Made by a program: the position numbers and the translations under genes
Notes under the pieces: generated by a model
What the model was told of the DNA's origin: nothing
Database searches by the model: none
Seen by the model: only the letters and a program-made list of their open reading frames with translations
DNA from: an uncultured Planctomycetia bacterium
GTDB taxonomy: Bacteria; Omnitrophota; Gorgyraeia; Velamenicoccales; Velamenicoccaceae
Direction: 5' to 3'
Assembly: GCA_964423185.1 (NCBI GenBank)
Contig: CAYRDK010000005.1
Span: forward strand, 115,930 to 179,929
DNA length: 64,000 bases
In this document: positions 55,631-64,000 of the stretch, one piece after another
Layout of the letters: the number at the start of each line of letters is the position of its first letter
Position numbering within the stretch: the first letter of the stretch is position 1

Positions 55631-58000
55631 TCATTTTTTCCACAACTTTTGATACTCGTAATACCCTTTTCTTAATTCCCGCAAAAACGGGCTTTTAGCG
55701 CCATCGCCCTGGCCCGCTACACCGAGCCATTCTTCATGCATGGACCCGTCCGGAAAAGGCCCTTTGAAAAGGCCTTTCTTATCATGAAAAGATGGTTCAT
55801 ACGCTTTCCACCACTCATCCAGCCATTCGAACAACACACCCCCGATAGCATTGCCGCAACCAGAACCAAACGCAGCATTATCCATAATATCTTCCCAATT
55901 GCCTTTTAGATACTCAGACTGGGCTTCCTCTGCTTCCTCCTGTGTCAAACCATAGGCAAAAGCAGGGCAACCATATTCCGTCACAAAAGCAGGCTTATCC
56001 GTTAACTCTTTAACAGATTCCCAATAAGACCCAAAACCACTTTCTCCCCGATAAACATTAGCACCAAACATATCAACATCAGGGCAATACTGGGCAAATC
56101 TATCCAAAAACAGTGTATCACCGCTGGCAATCGCGACCGGATGATTTTTATCTAAAGACTTAATTAAACGAGCCACTTTGTTAACAAACTTAAAGAAACT
56201 TTCAGGTTTCTTATCAGCATTACAGGCGACACCATAAACATTCTCATTCCCTAATAACCACGAAAGGACATAAGGTTCATCCTTAAACTCTTTTACCATT
56301 TTTTCAACAGAATCCAGCATAGCCTTCTGCTGTTCCTTGTTATCGTAATCTGTCCCATCAAACCAGGTCGCGCCAGAACCAATGGCATACTTCCCTAAAA
56401 AATCCCCCATAATAACACGGATACCATATCTTTTATAAAGATCCCGGAGAATCTTTTTATCTATTTCAAAAGGCTGATGATACACTCTGACCGTATTGAC
56501 CCCCAACTTCTTTAATAATTCAAAATCGCCGACGGAAGGCTCATTATGATCCTGTATCCCGTTGCTATTGGCATCAACAAACGCGTCATAAGGGCCATCG
56601 CATTTTCCATTATCGTTATAATCATATTCCATCCAGTTTTTTAAACTCCCATTATCCGGGCTCTGGCCGACTTTAGATACAGCGTAAGTGATCCCCTTAA
56701 TGATAAAGGGGCGGTTATCCACCAGCATCTGCCAATCTCCATTCTCATATTGGATAAAACGCACCTTCCCTTGCCCCAGCTTTCTCTTGATTTTTGTCTG
56801 CATAATCCTTTTATCAACATGCTTCTTAATCCTGTCAAAAAAAGTTTCCGGGATATTATTCTTTACAATCTTCCCTGGATTCGTAACAAAAGCGTCATTT
56901 GAAACATCATTATCATAGCCATTAATAACGCTGATTTTGGCATCAACCAAGCTCATATTTAACTGCGGGTATTTTGCACAAAGATACTTAATCCTGGCAA
57001 TAGCGGCCTGCCCCACATACCAAGGCGTGTGCCAATAGGTCCATCCGACCGTATGGGGAAAATGGACCACGGCCGCGTAATAAACTTTTATCGCGTGTTT
57101 AATCAATCCGGACTTCTCGAGGACTAGCCCCGTGTAAAATAACTTAATCCCATGGGGCTCAGAAGATATTGCCCATTTGATAAACGCCGCTTCCAGGTCA
57201 GGCGAATAGACAAAATCCCACTGGCTGCCTTCCAGGCGCTTCTCTTGCCTGACCTGACGGAATGCCGGATCCCAACGGACACTGGTTGTATTCGGATAAA
57301 TCCCTTCGCCAACAGCTTCCGACAAACCCTCTTGCGATTTTATAATATATTTATAATTCTCTGTACCGATCCCGACAAACTCTCCATATTTGGCATAATC
57401 AACAACTTCCTCTTTCCCTGAATCATAGAGCACAACCTCAGTCTTGGGGACACCCTGATATTTATCCTCTTCAGAGCTAGCCTTCTCTATGGCATCAAGC
57501 CCTTTCTCAAGCTTATCTAAAGTGGCCTGCGACTTTTCAGCAACTTTCCAATACCAACCGCGCGGATCCCACGCCTGCGCGAAAGAATAGTCAGAAAGAA
57601 TAAGATGGAATATTTTCTTAGCATCCTCTGTCTTATTCTCCTTTAAAAGCGCCTCTCCTTTGATAAAAAGACAAGTTGCCACATTATTTAACACATCATA
57701 GTTTTTTGTTTTTTCCGCGGCGGGAAAACTGTTTAAACTCTGCTGCTGCTCTCGCGCCTGAAGACCATACTCATCAACCATCTGTTGAGCAATAGCATAC
57801 ACTTTATCAGGCTCATTCTTGGCCAAAGCTTCCCAGCACTTTGCGACCGTCTCTGAAAGGCCTGCCCCGGGGGTTGGCTCGGATTGAACTTCAACAGCTT
57901 CCTGCGCATAAACAACTCTAGTAAAGGTAGTATTAAAGATAGAAAACATAAACACTGCCAAAGCACAACACTTGAAAATATTAAATTTTATTTTTTGCAT
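55631..58000 (-). CDS. Large secreted protein: helical N-terminal half plus a clan GH-A glycosidase domain paralogous to 53125-54312
   Basis: It has a signal peptide. The C-terminal half carries RPFIIKGITY, GVNTVRVYHQ, LLGNENVYG, VYRGE, FVTEYGCP and GGVLFEWLDEWW. Confidence 0.75.
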   Translation of the reverse strand: MQKIKFNIFKCCALAVFMFSIFNTTFTRVVYAQEAVEVQSEPTPGAGLSETVAKCWEALAKNEPDKVYAIAQQMVDEYGLQAREQQQSLNSFPAAEKTKNYDVLNNVATCLFIKGEALLKENKTEDAKKIFHLILSDYSFAQAWDPRGWYWKVAEKSQATLDKLEKGLDAIEKASSEEDKYQGVPKTEVVLYDSGKEEVVDYAKYGEFVGIGTENYKYIIKSQEGLSEAVGEGIYPNTTSVRWDPAFRQVRQEKRLEGSQWDFVYSPDLEAAFIKWAISSEPHGIKLFYTGLVLEKSGLIKHAIKVYYAAVVHFPHTVGWTYWHTPWYVGQAAIARIKYLCAKYPQLNMSLVDAKISVINGYDNDVSNDAFVTNPGKIVKNNIPETFFDRIKKHVDKRIMQTKIKRKLGQGKVRFIQYENGDWQMLVDNRPFIIKGITYAVSKVGQSPDNGSLKNWMEYDYNDNGKCDGPYDAFVDANSNGIQDHNEPSVGDFELLKKLGVNTVRVYHQPFEIDKKILRDLYKRYGIRVIMGDFLGKYAIGSGATWFDGTDYDNKEQQKAMLDSVEKMVKEFKDEPYVLSWLLGNENVYGVACNADKKPESFFKFVNKVARLIKSLDKNHPVAIASGDTLFLDRFAQYCPDVDMFGANVYRGESGFGSYWESVKELTDKPAFVTEYGCPAFAYGLTQEEAEEAQSEYLKGNWEDIMDNAAFGSGCGNAIGGVLFEWLDEWWKAYEPSFHDKKGLFKGPFPDGSMHEEWLGVAGQGDGAKSPFLRELRKGYYEYQKLWKK

Positions 58001-58040
58001 TTCAACCTTTACGTTGTACTTCTAAATAATAACCGGCTCT

Positions 58041-58982
58041 TCATCCGACAACGGCGCCAGCCGTAATACCTTTAATAATAAATTTCTGCATTAATAAATA
58101 TATGATCAAAATAGGCAAAACGGTGATCGTCATGCCCGCCATAAGCAAAGGGTACTGAGTAATATGCTCGCCCTGAAACACCATAAGCCCGCGCTGCAAA
58201 GGCATCAGGCTTTTGCTGGAAAGAATCAGATTCGCAAGAATATATTCATTCCAGACATTAAGCGCGTTATAGATAACAATAACGGCGATAGCCGGTTTAG
58301 CCAATGGCAAAGCCACATGCCGCCATATCCCAAGCCGGGTGCATCCATCGATCCTGGCGGCATCTTCCAGCTCCTTTGGCATCTTGTCAAAAAAGGTCCT
58401 CAACATAAAAATACTAAAAGACAGGCCAACATTAATCATACACAGGATATAGGCAAAACGCGGATAAAACTGCATTTCAATAAAAGATATCAAATTGTAA
58501 ACAAAAGCATCCGGCAGAAATTTCAAAAGAAAAGGCGTGGACGCGTTAAGCGCGTTCAAAAGAACATTACGCACATTATTAACCAGGACATAAAGAGGGA
58601 CAAAGCTCCCCGGTAAAGGAATCATCATGGCCGCTAAAAACATAAAGAATAAAAGGTTCTTTCCGGGAAAGTTCATTCTGGAAAAAGCGTATGCGGCCCA
58701 AGAAGAAATAATAACAATGCCAAACACTACAATAACGGTATAAAATAAACTGTTGAGAAAATAAACACCAAACCCGCCGTTGGTCCAAGCCAAATAAAAA
58801 TTCTCCCAATGCATCATGCGCGGGATAATACTCATATCAGAAAAAACGGTGCTTTGGGTTTTAAGGCTTGACCCAAACATCCAAAGAAGAGGAAACACAC
58901 ACGTCAAGGCGATAATCCCTAAAAAAACATAAACAATAAAGTTGCTTGCAGTTGTCAATACTTTGTATTTATTCAGCTCCAT
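58041..58982 (-). CDS. Carbohydrate ABC transporter permease (MalG-like)
   Basis: The EAA loop ELEDAARIDGC…W..V.LPL and six TM segments are present. Confidence 0.9.
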   Translation of the reverse strand: MELNKYKVLTTASNFIVYVFLGIIALTCVFPLLWMFGSSLKTQSTVFSDMSIIPRMMHWENFYLAWTNGGFGVYFLNSLFYTVIVVFGIVIISSWAAYAFSRMNFPGKNLLFFMFLAAMMIPLPGSFVPLYVLVNNVRNVLLNALNASTPFLLKFLPDAFVYNLISFIEMQFYPRFAYILCMINVGLSFSIFMLRTFFDKMPKELEDAARIDGCTRLGIWRHVALPLAKPAIAVIVIYNALNVWNEYILANLILSSKSLMPLQRGLMVFQGEHITQYPLLMAGMTITVLPILIIYLLMQKFIIKGITAGAVVG

Positions 58983-59040
58983 TGTCCCCTCTAATTGAGT
59001 TCTGCTTTTACTCTACAACACTATTTTTTGACACTCTATA

Positions 59041-60114
59041 TCACGCTTGCTTCAATTTGCGGGATATTCCCATCTGCGCGAAAGATACCATCATTAAAAT
59101 AACACCAAAAACAATCCCCTGTGAACAGGCATACCCGAACATGGACGACCCTTGCATGGACGCCAGTATTCTCGTCACAGGCACCTCCGTATGATACCCA
59201 GGCCCGCCGCCTGTCATAGATAAAATAAGGACAAAAACCTGCATCGTCCCTAAAATCGTAAGGATTGTAACAAGCACAAAAACCGGGATCATCAAAGGAA
59301 TTGTCACATTTTTAAAACTCTGCCAGATATTAGCTCCATCCACTCTCGCGGCCTCATAAAGCTCTCTTGGAATAGTCTGCAGGCCGGCCAAAAGAATCAT
59401 AAAACCCCAACCGAAACCTTTCCAGCAATGAATCACGGCGACACACGTTAAAGCCGTCTTAGGATCAGACAGCCAGCTTCTCGCAAAATCCGCGAAACCC
59501 AATGAAACAAGGGCATGGTTTAATAAACCATAATTGCCGTCATAAATCCAGCGCCATATTAAACCAACAACTACTTCCGAAAGGACAGGCGGAATAAAAA
59601 AAATAACCCGGAAGAAATTTTTACCCTTAATCTGCCGGTCACACGCCAAAGCCAGCGCAAGCGCCAAAATATTCTGAAAGACCAAAGCTATAAAGGTAAT
59701 ATAGAGAGCGTTGCGCATAGATGTCCACCAAATCCTGTCCTGCAGCACTTCTTTAAAATTACCCAAACCTGCAAATGACATGGTTGGCGATATACCATCC
59801 CAGGCATTATGGCTTAACTGCAACACTTTAAAAAAAGGATAAATATAAAAGATAGAAAAGATAACCAGCGCGGGAACCACAAACATAAAACTGGCAAGTG
59901 CTTTCTTTGTAATATTAGCGGCTATTAAAAAAAGCAGTGATAAGCAAACAGAACTATAAACAATAAACCAAAAAACTGCGGAGGCGTGAAAGTTTAAAAA
60001 AGAAATCTCTAAAACACAGGCAAGTATTAATATGCCGATAACCTTCTGCTTTGCTGTTGCTTCATGCAGAAAATTATAAGCCTGCTTTATCTTTTCCGAT
60101 ATCTTATTTCCCAT
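59041..60114 (-). CDS. Carbohydrate ABC transporter permease (MalF-like)
   Basis: The EAA loop ELYEAARVDGANIWQSF..VT.PL and multiple TM segments are present. Confidence 0.9.
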   Translation of the reverse strand: MGNKISEKIKQAYNFLHEATAKQKVIGILILACVLEISFLNFHASAVFWFIVYSSVCLSLLFLIAANITKKALASFMFVVPALVIFSIFYIYPFFKVLQLSHNAWDGISPTMSFAGLGNFKEVLQDRIWWTSMRNALYITFIALVFQNILALALALACDRQIKGKNFFRVIFFIPPVLSEVVVGLIWRWIYDGNYGLLNHALVSLGFADFARSWLSDPKTALTCVAVIHCWKGFGWGFMILLAGLQTIPRELYEAARVDGANIWQSFKNVTIPLMIPVFVLVTILTILGTMQVFVLILSMTGGGPGYHTEVPVTRILASMQGSSMFGYACSQGIVFGVILMMVSFAQMGISRKLKQA

Positions 60115-60178
60115 AGATAAAACCTCACGGACAATCTAATTAGGCCCTTGTGCAGGCGGCCGCACGAAGACGGATAAA

Positions 60179-61552
60179 TTACCTAGCCTTCTTCTGCATC
60201 TCTTCAGCTTTTAATTTTGTCAACTCTTCTCCGAGTTGCTGCGGCGTCTTCTCGCCGATAATAATAGACTGGATGCCTTTATCAAAACGCTCAATAACCT
60301 TAGGCAGTTCATTCACAGGCCAAACATTCGGATGTGTTACATTCTTCATGCCTTTAGCAAAATCCGCAAGAGCCTCCCCAATATCGCCTAAAGCCTTTTT
60401 ATTAGAAGGAAGGTTACGGGTTTTTTGGCTCAAAAAAACCTGCTGGCTTTCGGATGTGACCCACTTTATAAAAGCGATCGCCTCCTCCTTAACCTGTGAC
60501 CTGTCATTAACCAAAAAGGATGACCCGCCGCCGCCCCAAATATACATCGGATGCTGCACGCTCGATTTCGGAGGCAGCATAACACCATAATCCAAATCAG
60601 GATTCATACCATGATAAACATTAACACACCAGGATCCGTTAAAAGCGAAGGCGGCTCTTTCGTTCGCGAAAGCCTGTTCAGCGCTCTTGTTAACATAAGT
60701 TACAATGCCGCTGGCCAACATCCCCTTATCAGCCATATCTTTAAAAAGGCTAAAAACTTTAATCCAGTCCGGGTCAGAATATGGAATCTCGCCTCTGATC
60801 GTCGCGAAAACCTTAGCAGGCCCCATAACATTAAAAGCCATATTAGAAGCAAAACAGTCAATCATCCAAACTTCGCCCCAACCACTGACAAACCCCTGTA
60901 TACCCGCGGCCTTCAACTTTTCACAGGCGGAAATAAAATCTTCCCATGTTTTCGGCGGGTGATCCGGATCAAGGCCGGCTTTCTTAAAGAGGTTTTTATT
61001 ATAAACCATCTGAATATTCATCACGTCTATAGGCGCGCCATAAATTCCAGGCTGCACACCAAAAACATTCCCCTCTTCAAACTCATTAACAGCCAAAGCT
61101 TTCTCAAAAAACTCTCCCTTCCAAAAAGCGTTATCCTTATCCATCTCTTGCGTTAGGTCTGCGACATGCCCAGCTTTGATGAATGCGGCAAAATCTCTTT
61201 TTTCACCTAAAAGGCCAAAAACATCCGGCAACGCCTTGGCCTGCGCCGCGGCCCGCACCTTTTGCGTATAAGCATCAGAGGGAGCATAGAGTTCAAACAG
61301 AACTTTAATACCAGTCTCTTCTTCGTATTTTTTTGCCAGTTCCTGGAAAGATTCTTCTCTGTCCGTCATCCAGTGCCACACGACTATCTTTTTCGTGGCA
61401 ACACGAGGGGCAGATTCAGAAGGCTGAGAAATACAACCTGTTAAAACAGAAGACAGAAGACAGAGGGCAGAAAACAGAAAAAAACAACCACCAAAAAAAG
61501 ACAAAGCTACTTTTTTATTTGATCTACGGCGGGCAAACTTCTGATTTTTCAT
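60179..61552 (-). CDS. Extracellular solute-binding lipoprotein (CUT1 sugar ABC family)
   Basis: The lipobox is LLSSVLTGC. It is about 430 aa with a family-1 SBP pattern (…VVWHWM…). Confidence 0.9.
   Translation of the reverse strand: MKNQKFARRRSNKKVALSFFGGCFFLFSALCLLSSVLTGCISQPSESAPRVATKKIVVWHWMTDREESFQELAKKYEEETGIKVLFELYAPSDAYTQKVRAAAQAKALPDVFGLLGEKRDFAAFIKAGHVADLTQEMDKDNAFWKGEFFEKALAVNEFEEGNVFGVQPGIYGAPIDVMNIQMVYNKNLFKKAGLDPDHPPKTWEDFISACEKLKAAGIQGFVSGWGEVWMIDCFASNMAFNVMGPAKVFATIRGEIPYSDPDWIKVFSLFKDMADKGMLASGIVTYVNKSAEQAFANERAAFAFNGSWCVNVYHGMNPDLDYGVMLPPKSSVQHPMYIWGGGGSSFLVNDRSQVKEEAIAFIKWVTSESQQVFLSQKTRNLPSNKKALGDIGEALADFAKGMKNVTHPNVWPVNELPKVIERFDKGIQSIIIGEKTPQQLGEELTKLKAEEMQKKAR
61447..61483 (-). 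repeat. Heptamer-periodic tract of the CTGTCTT family inside the signal-peptide-coding region
   Basis: On the plus strand, CAG recurs at 61447, 61454, 61461, 61468 and 61475. The minus strand reads TTTCTGTTTTCTGCCCTCTGTCTTCTGTCTTCTGTTTTAA and encodes FLFSALCLLSSVL. Confidence 0.5.
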
Positions 61553-61580
61553 ATTTATCTTTCTCCCTTCATAATATCCA

Positions 61581-64000
61581 TCAGCCCATCACAACTTTAA
61601 CATTATGGGCTTTTCCATCACCAACAGGTTTAATCAAATTGCCATCTACCTCTTTGCCATCAAGATAAATCTCTTTAACACCCTTTTCTACGCCATTTGG
61701 ATTTTCTATTTCAACATTGTAAACATCTCCACGAAAAGGCCTCTTAATAGAACACTTCTTCCAACAAGACGGCAGGCAAGGATCGATACGTAACCCTTCA
61801 AAGTCACGCTTAACGCCAAAAATCCATTCCGTCACAGCCATATAAGCCCAACCGGAAGTCCCGGTAATCCAGGTAAACTGCCCTTCACCATAACGATAAG
61901 GATTCTCCGGCCCAACCAAATACTCCGCGTAAGCGTAAGGCTCAGCTTTATAAAGATCATAATCTTTTTGTTTATTAGGCATAACCTTCAACATGGCCTC
62001 GTAAGCTTTTGTTCCGCAACCGGCAAGGCAGTACGCCACAACCATGAAGTGGACCGCGTGGCAAAAAACAGCCGCGTTCTCTTTCGTGCCTTCAGAAAAC
62101 ATACTGATACGGCCCAGTTCCGGATAAAATCTGCTGTAAGCCGGATAAAATAAAGCCAAGCCATGCGGCCCGTCAAGATACTTATCAACGGACTTAAGAA
62201 TTTTCTTTAATCGCTCCCCCTGTACAACGCCGCTTAAAATCGCCCATGATTGCGTGTTAAGAAAAATCTTCCCTTCTTCATAGGCCTTTGCACCATAGGC
62301 GATGCCGTCATCCGTAAAACCACGCATATACCAATCGCCATCCCAACCGACGCTATTAATTCTCTCTGTCATAGTTTTAGCTTTATTCGCGAACTCACGC
62401 GCCTTATCTTTAGCGCCTGTTAATTCAGCCAACTGAATAAAAAACTTTAATGAACGCACAAGCGCCTGCGCCAACCAAACACTTTCACCGCGGTGCTTTT
62501 TACCGGCAGCATCAATCGCGTCATTCCAATCCGCGTGGCCTATTTTAGGCAAACCTCTCTCACCCACATCATTAAAACAAAAATTTAAATTTTTCTCTAA
62601 ATGTTCAAACAGCGTGCCTTCCCCATCTGTAACAGCAGTACCTTTAAAGCTGGCATCCTTATGCCATCCGTCTATCCATTGATCCTTTAAATATGGAACA
62701 TATTCGCAAAGAATATCTTTATCTCCTGTTTCCTGAATATAAGCATAGACGGTCGCAGTCAGCCAAACTTGATGGTCTTTATTTGGCCGGTGTGTGGCAG
62801 GCCCGGACATATCAGACCAACCCGGAGCGCTAGTACCATCACGCCTGATAAGAGAAGCCAGCTGTAATATTCTTTTTTTCGTAAAATCAGAACTTATGGA
62901 AAGGATCGCCTCGGAATCCTGCGCGGAATCCCTATAACCTCTGCCGCCAGACCCTTCATGGTAAAAAGAAGGCGAACGCGACCATAAGTTACAAATATAA
63001 ATCTGATATTTTAACCAAGAGTTCACCAAAACATCGAACTCCTTATCCGGCGTTTTTACTGTCACGTTCCCTAATATACGGTTGCGCCATAACTCTTTTG
63101 TCTCCTCAAGCGCCTTCTTCGCGCGATCCAAATCCCTGTACTGCTCAACAAGTTTAATAGCAGCCGCCTGCCCTTCGGTCGACCCCATAACGACAACAAA
63201 CTCCTTTTTTTCTTTCGGAGCAAGTTTGACAATATGTTTAAAAACACCAACCGCGTCTTCACCGGAACAAAGCGCCGTATTAACCATCTTGCCTTCTAAG
63301 ATGCTCTCCGGCTTTTCCTCATTATTATAACGCCCTAAAAACTCCCCTTTTCGCGTGGCAAAACCTTTAACTTCCAAGCTGGATGCAAGAAAAGAATAAT
63401 GCTTGAACTCTTTTATATTCATCCCCTGCCAAAAAGCTGTCTTCCAGGCAAAAATCATCTTATACTGTTCGTCATACCAAATCCGGTTATATAAATTCAT
63501 GATATTGCGGTAACGCAACTCTTCCTGATAATCGCCTATCAACCACTCAACGTAAGGGTAAAGCTCAAGTTTTTTTTCTTTGTTAGACTCATTGGCCAAC
63601 TTAACCAGCCAAATCTCGCAGTCATCATGAGGAGGGACAAAATAAGTAACATTAGAAAGAATGGAATTATATTTAGAAGTTATAGATGTATAACCAAGGC
63701 CATGCCTGCATTCAAAAACATCAGGCTCAACACGCATAGGCTGGTATGTTAATGACCAGGCCTTTTTCTGAAGCTGCGCCTTTGCAGATTTAGAGCTTAT
63801 CTCTTTAGCATAAATATATCGCCCGGGCCTGTCAAAGTTCTTATAATCAGGCGCCCAACGCAAAATCCGGTCTGTGCGGCAGTCTTTATAAAAACTGTAC
63901 CCGCCGGCACACTGAGAGACGATCGCGCAATACTTTTCATTTGTCAGATAATTAATCCATGGGGTAGGTGTGGCAGGATTAGTAATGATAAATTCAAGGC
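61581..64000 (-). CDS. GH94 glycoside phosphorylase (cellobiose/chitobiose/beta-glucan-oligosaccharide phosphorylase family), 5' end outside the window
   Basis: GGRGYRDSAQD and GHADWNDAID (catalytic Asp region) are present. The frame stays open from 63863 to 64000 and encodes …ITNPATPTPWINYLTNEKYCAIVSQCAGGYSFYKDCRTDRIL, the family N-terminus. The 'M' in the ORF track is an internal TTG. Confidence 0.9.
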   Translation of the reverse strand, partial: LEFIITNPATPTPWINYLTNEKYCAIVSQCAGGYSFYKDCRTDRILRWAPDYKNFDRPGRYIYAKEISSKSAKAQLQKKAWSLTYQPMRVEPDVFECRHGLGYTSITSKYNSILSNVTYFVPPHDDCEIWLVKLANESNKEKKLELYPYVEWLIGDYQEELRYRNIMNLYNRIWYDEQYKMIFAWKTAFWQGMNIKEFKHYSFLASSLEVKGFATRKGEFLGRYNNEEKPESILEGKMVNTALCSGEDAVGVFKHIVKLAPKEKKEFVVVMGSTEGQAAAIKLVEQYRDLDRAKKALEETKELWRNRILGNVTVKTPDKEFDVLVNSWLKYQIYICNLWSRSPSFYHEGSGGRGYRDSAQDSEAILSISSDFTKKRILQLASLIRRDGTSAPGWSDMSGPATHRPNKDHQVWLTATVYAYIQETGDKDILCEYVPYLKDQWIDGWHKDASFKGTAVTDGEGTLFEHLEKNLNFCFNDVGERGLPKIGHADWNDAIDAAGKKHRGESVWLAQALVRSLKFFIQLAELTGAKDKAREFANKAKTMTERINSVGWDGDWYMRGFTDDGIAYGAKAYEEGKIFLNTQSWAILSGVVQGERLKKILKSVDKYLDGPHGLALFYPAYSRFYPELGRISMFSEGTKENAAVFCHAVHFMVVAYCLAGCGTKAYEAMLKVMPNKQKDYDLYKAEPYAYAEYLVGPENPYRYGEGQFTWITGTSGWAYMAVTEWIFGVKRDFEGLRIDPCLPSCWKKCSIKRPFRGDVYNVEIENPNGVEKGVKEIYLDGKEVDGNLIKPVGDGKAHNVKVVMG

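Noticed and set aside
60150-61156. 146-aa and 201-aa plus-strand ORFs
   Set aside because: They are fully antisense to the solute-binding protein gene and have no motifs. They are typical shadow frames of an AT-rich gene.

Overview
This is a chromosomal segment from an AT-rich, apparently strictly anaerobic diderm bacterium. The gene content and protein style suggest a PVC or candidate-phylum lineage, but that is inference only. I support about 65 protein-coding genes. All but two (dus and ppiD-like at 512-3401) lie on the minus strand, and many overlap by 4-20 nt, which suggests translational coupling. I saw no rRNA, tRNA, CRISPR array, transposase, integrase or prophage genes. From left to right the window contains: (1) dus and a ppiD-like chaperone. 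(2) An orphan AmmeMemoRadiSam radical-SAM enzyme with a ferredoxin. (3) A four-subunit pyruvate:ferredoxin oxidoreductase operon (porGDAB), followed 4 nt later by a 53-aa rubredoxin that the ORF track missed. (4) A Fur/PerR-family regulator and a thiol-redox operon: TlpA-like, CcdA, CutA, TrxB, a glutaredoxin-like protein and an atypical thioredoxin fusion. (5) PgeF, YggU and RmuC. (6) An aminolipid cluster: OlsB-like N-acyltransferase, PlsC/OlsA-like O-acyltransferase, a decayed DUF2156 remnant and an ICMT/PEMT-like methyltransferase. (7) Csp, cyclophilin, a receiver domain, a GT2 and a sugar dehydrogenase. (8) DgkA, NadA and MnmA. (9) An iron/sulfur block: TonB-dependent receptor, cysteine desulfurase, LarE-like, Nfu, vapBC, a second thiouridylase-like PP-loop protein, feoAB and YgiQ. 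(10) A membrane pyrophosphatase, a DsbD_2 fusion and two CNNM paralogs. (11) A glycan-utilisation locus at 47.5-64 kb: LacI and ROK regulators, a TPR protein, two paralogous clan GH-A glycosidases whose motif order resembles fungal GH72, a tandem CBM-like protein, a CUT1-type ABC importer without an ATPase gene, and a GH94 phosphorylase that runs off the right edge. The most unusual signal is a family of heptanucleotide-periodic tracts. G-rich (CAGGGNN)n arrays sit immediately 3' of three stop codons and form canonical G-quadruplex motifs and hairpins. A (CTGTCTT)4 tract lies in the signal-peptide-coding 5' end of one glycosidase, where the unit number decides which ATG is in frame, so it is a candidate phase-variation switch. 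All functional calls come from reading motifs by eye. No database search was run.
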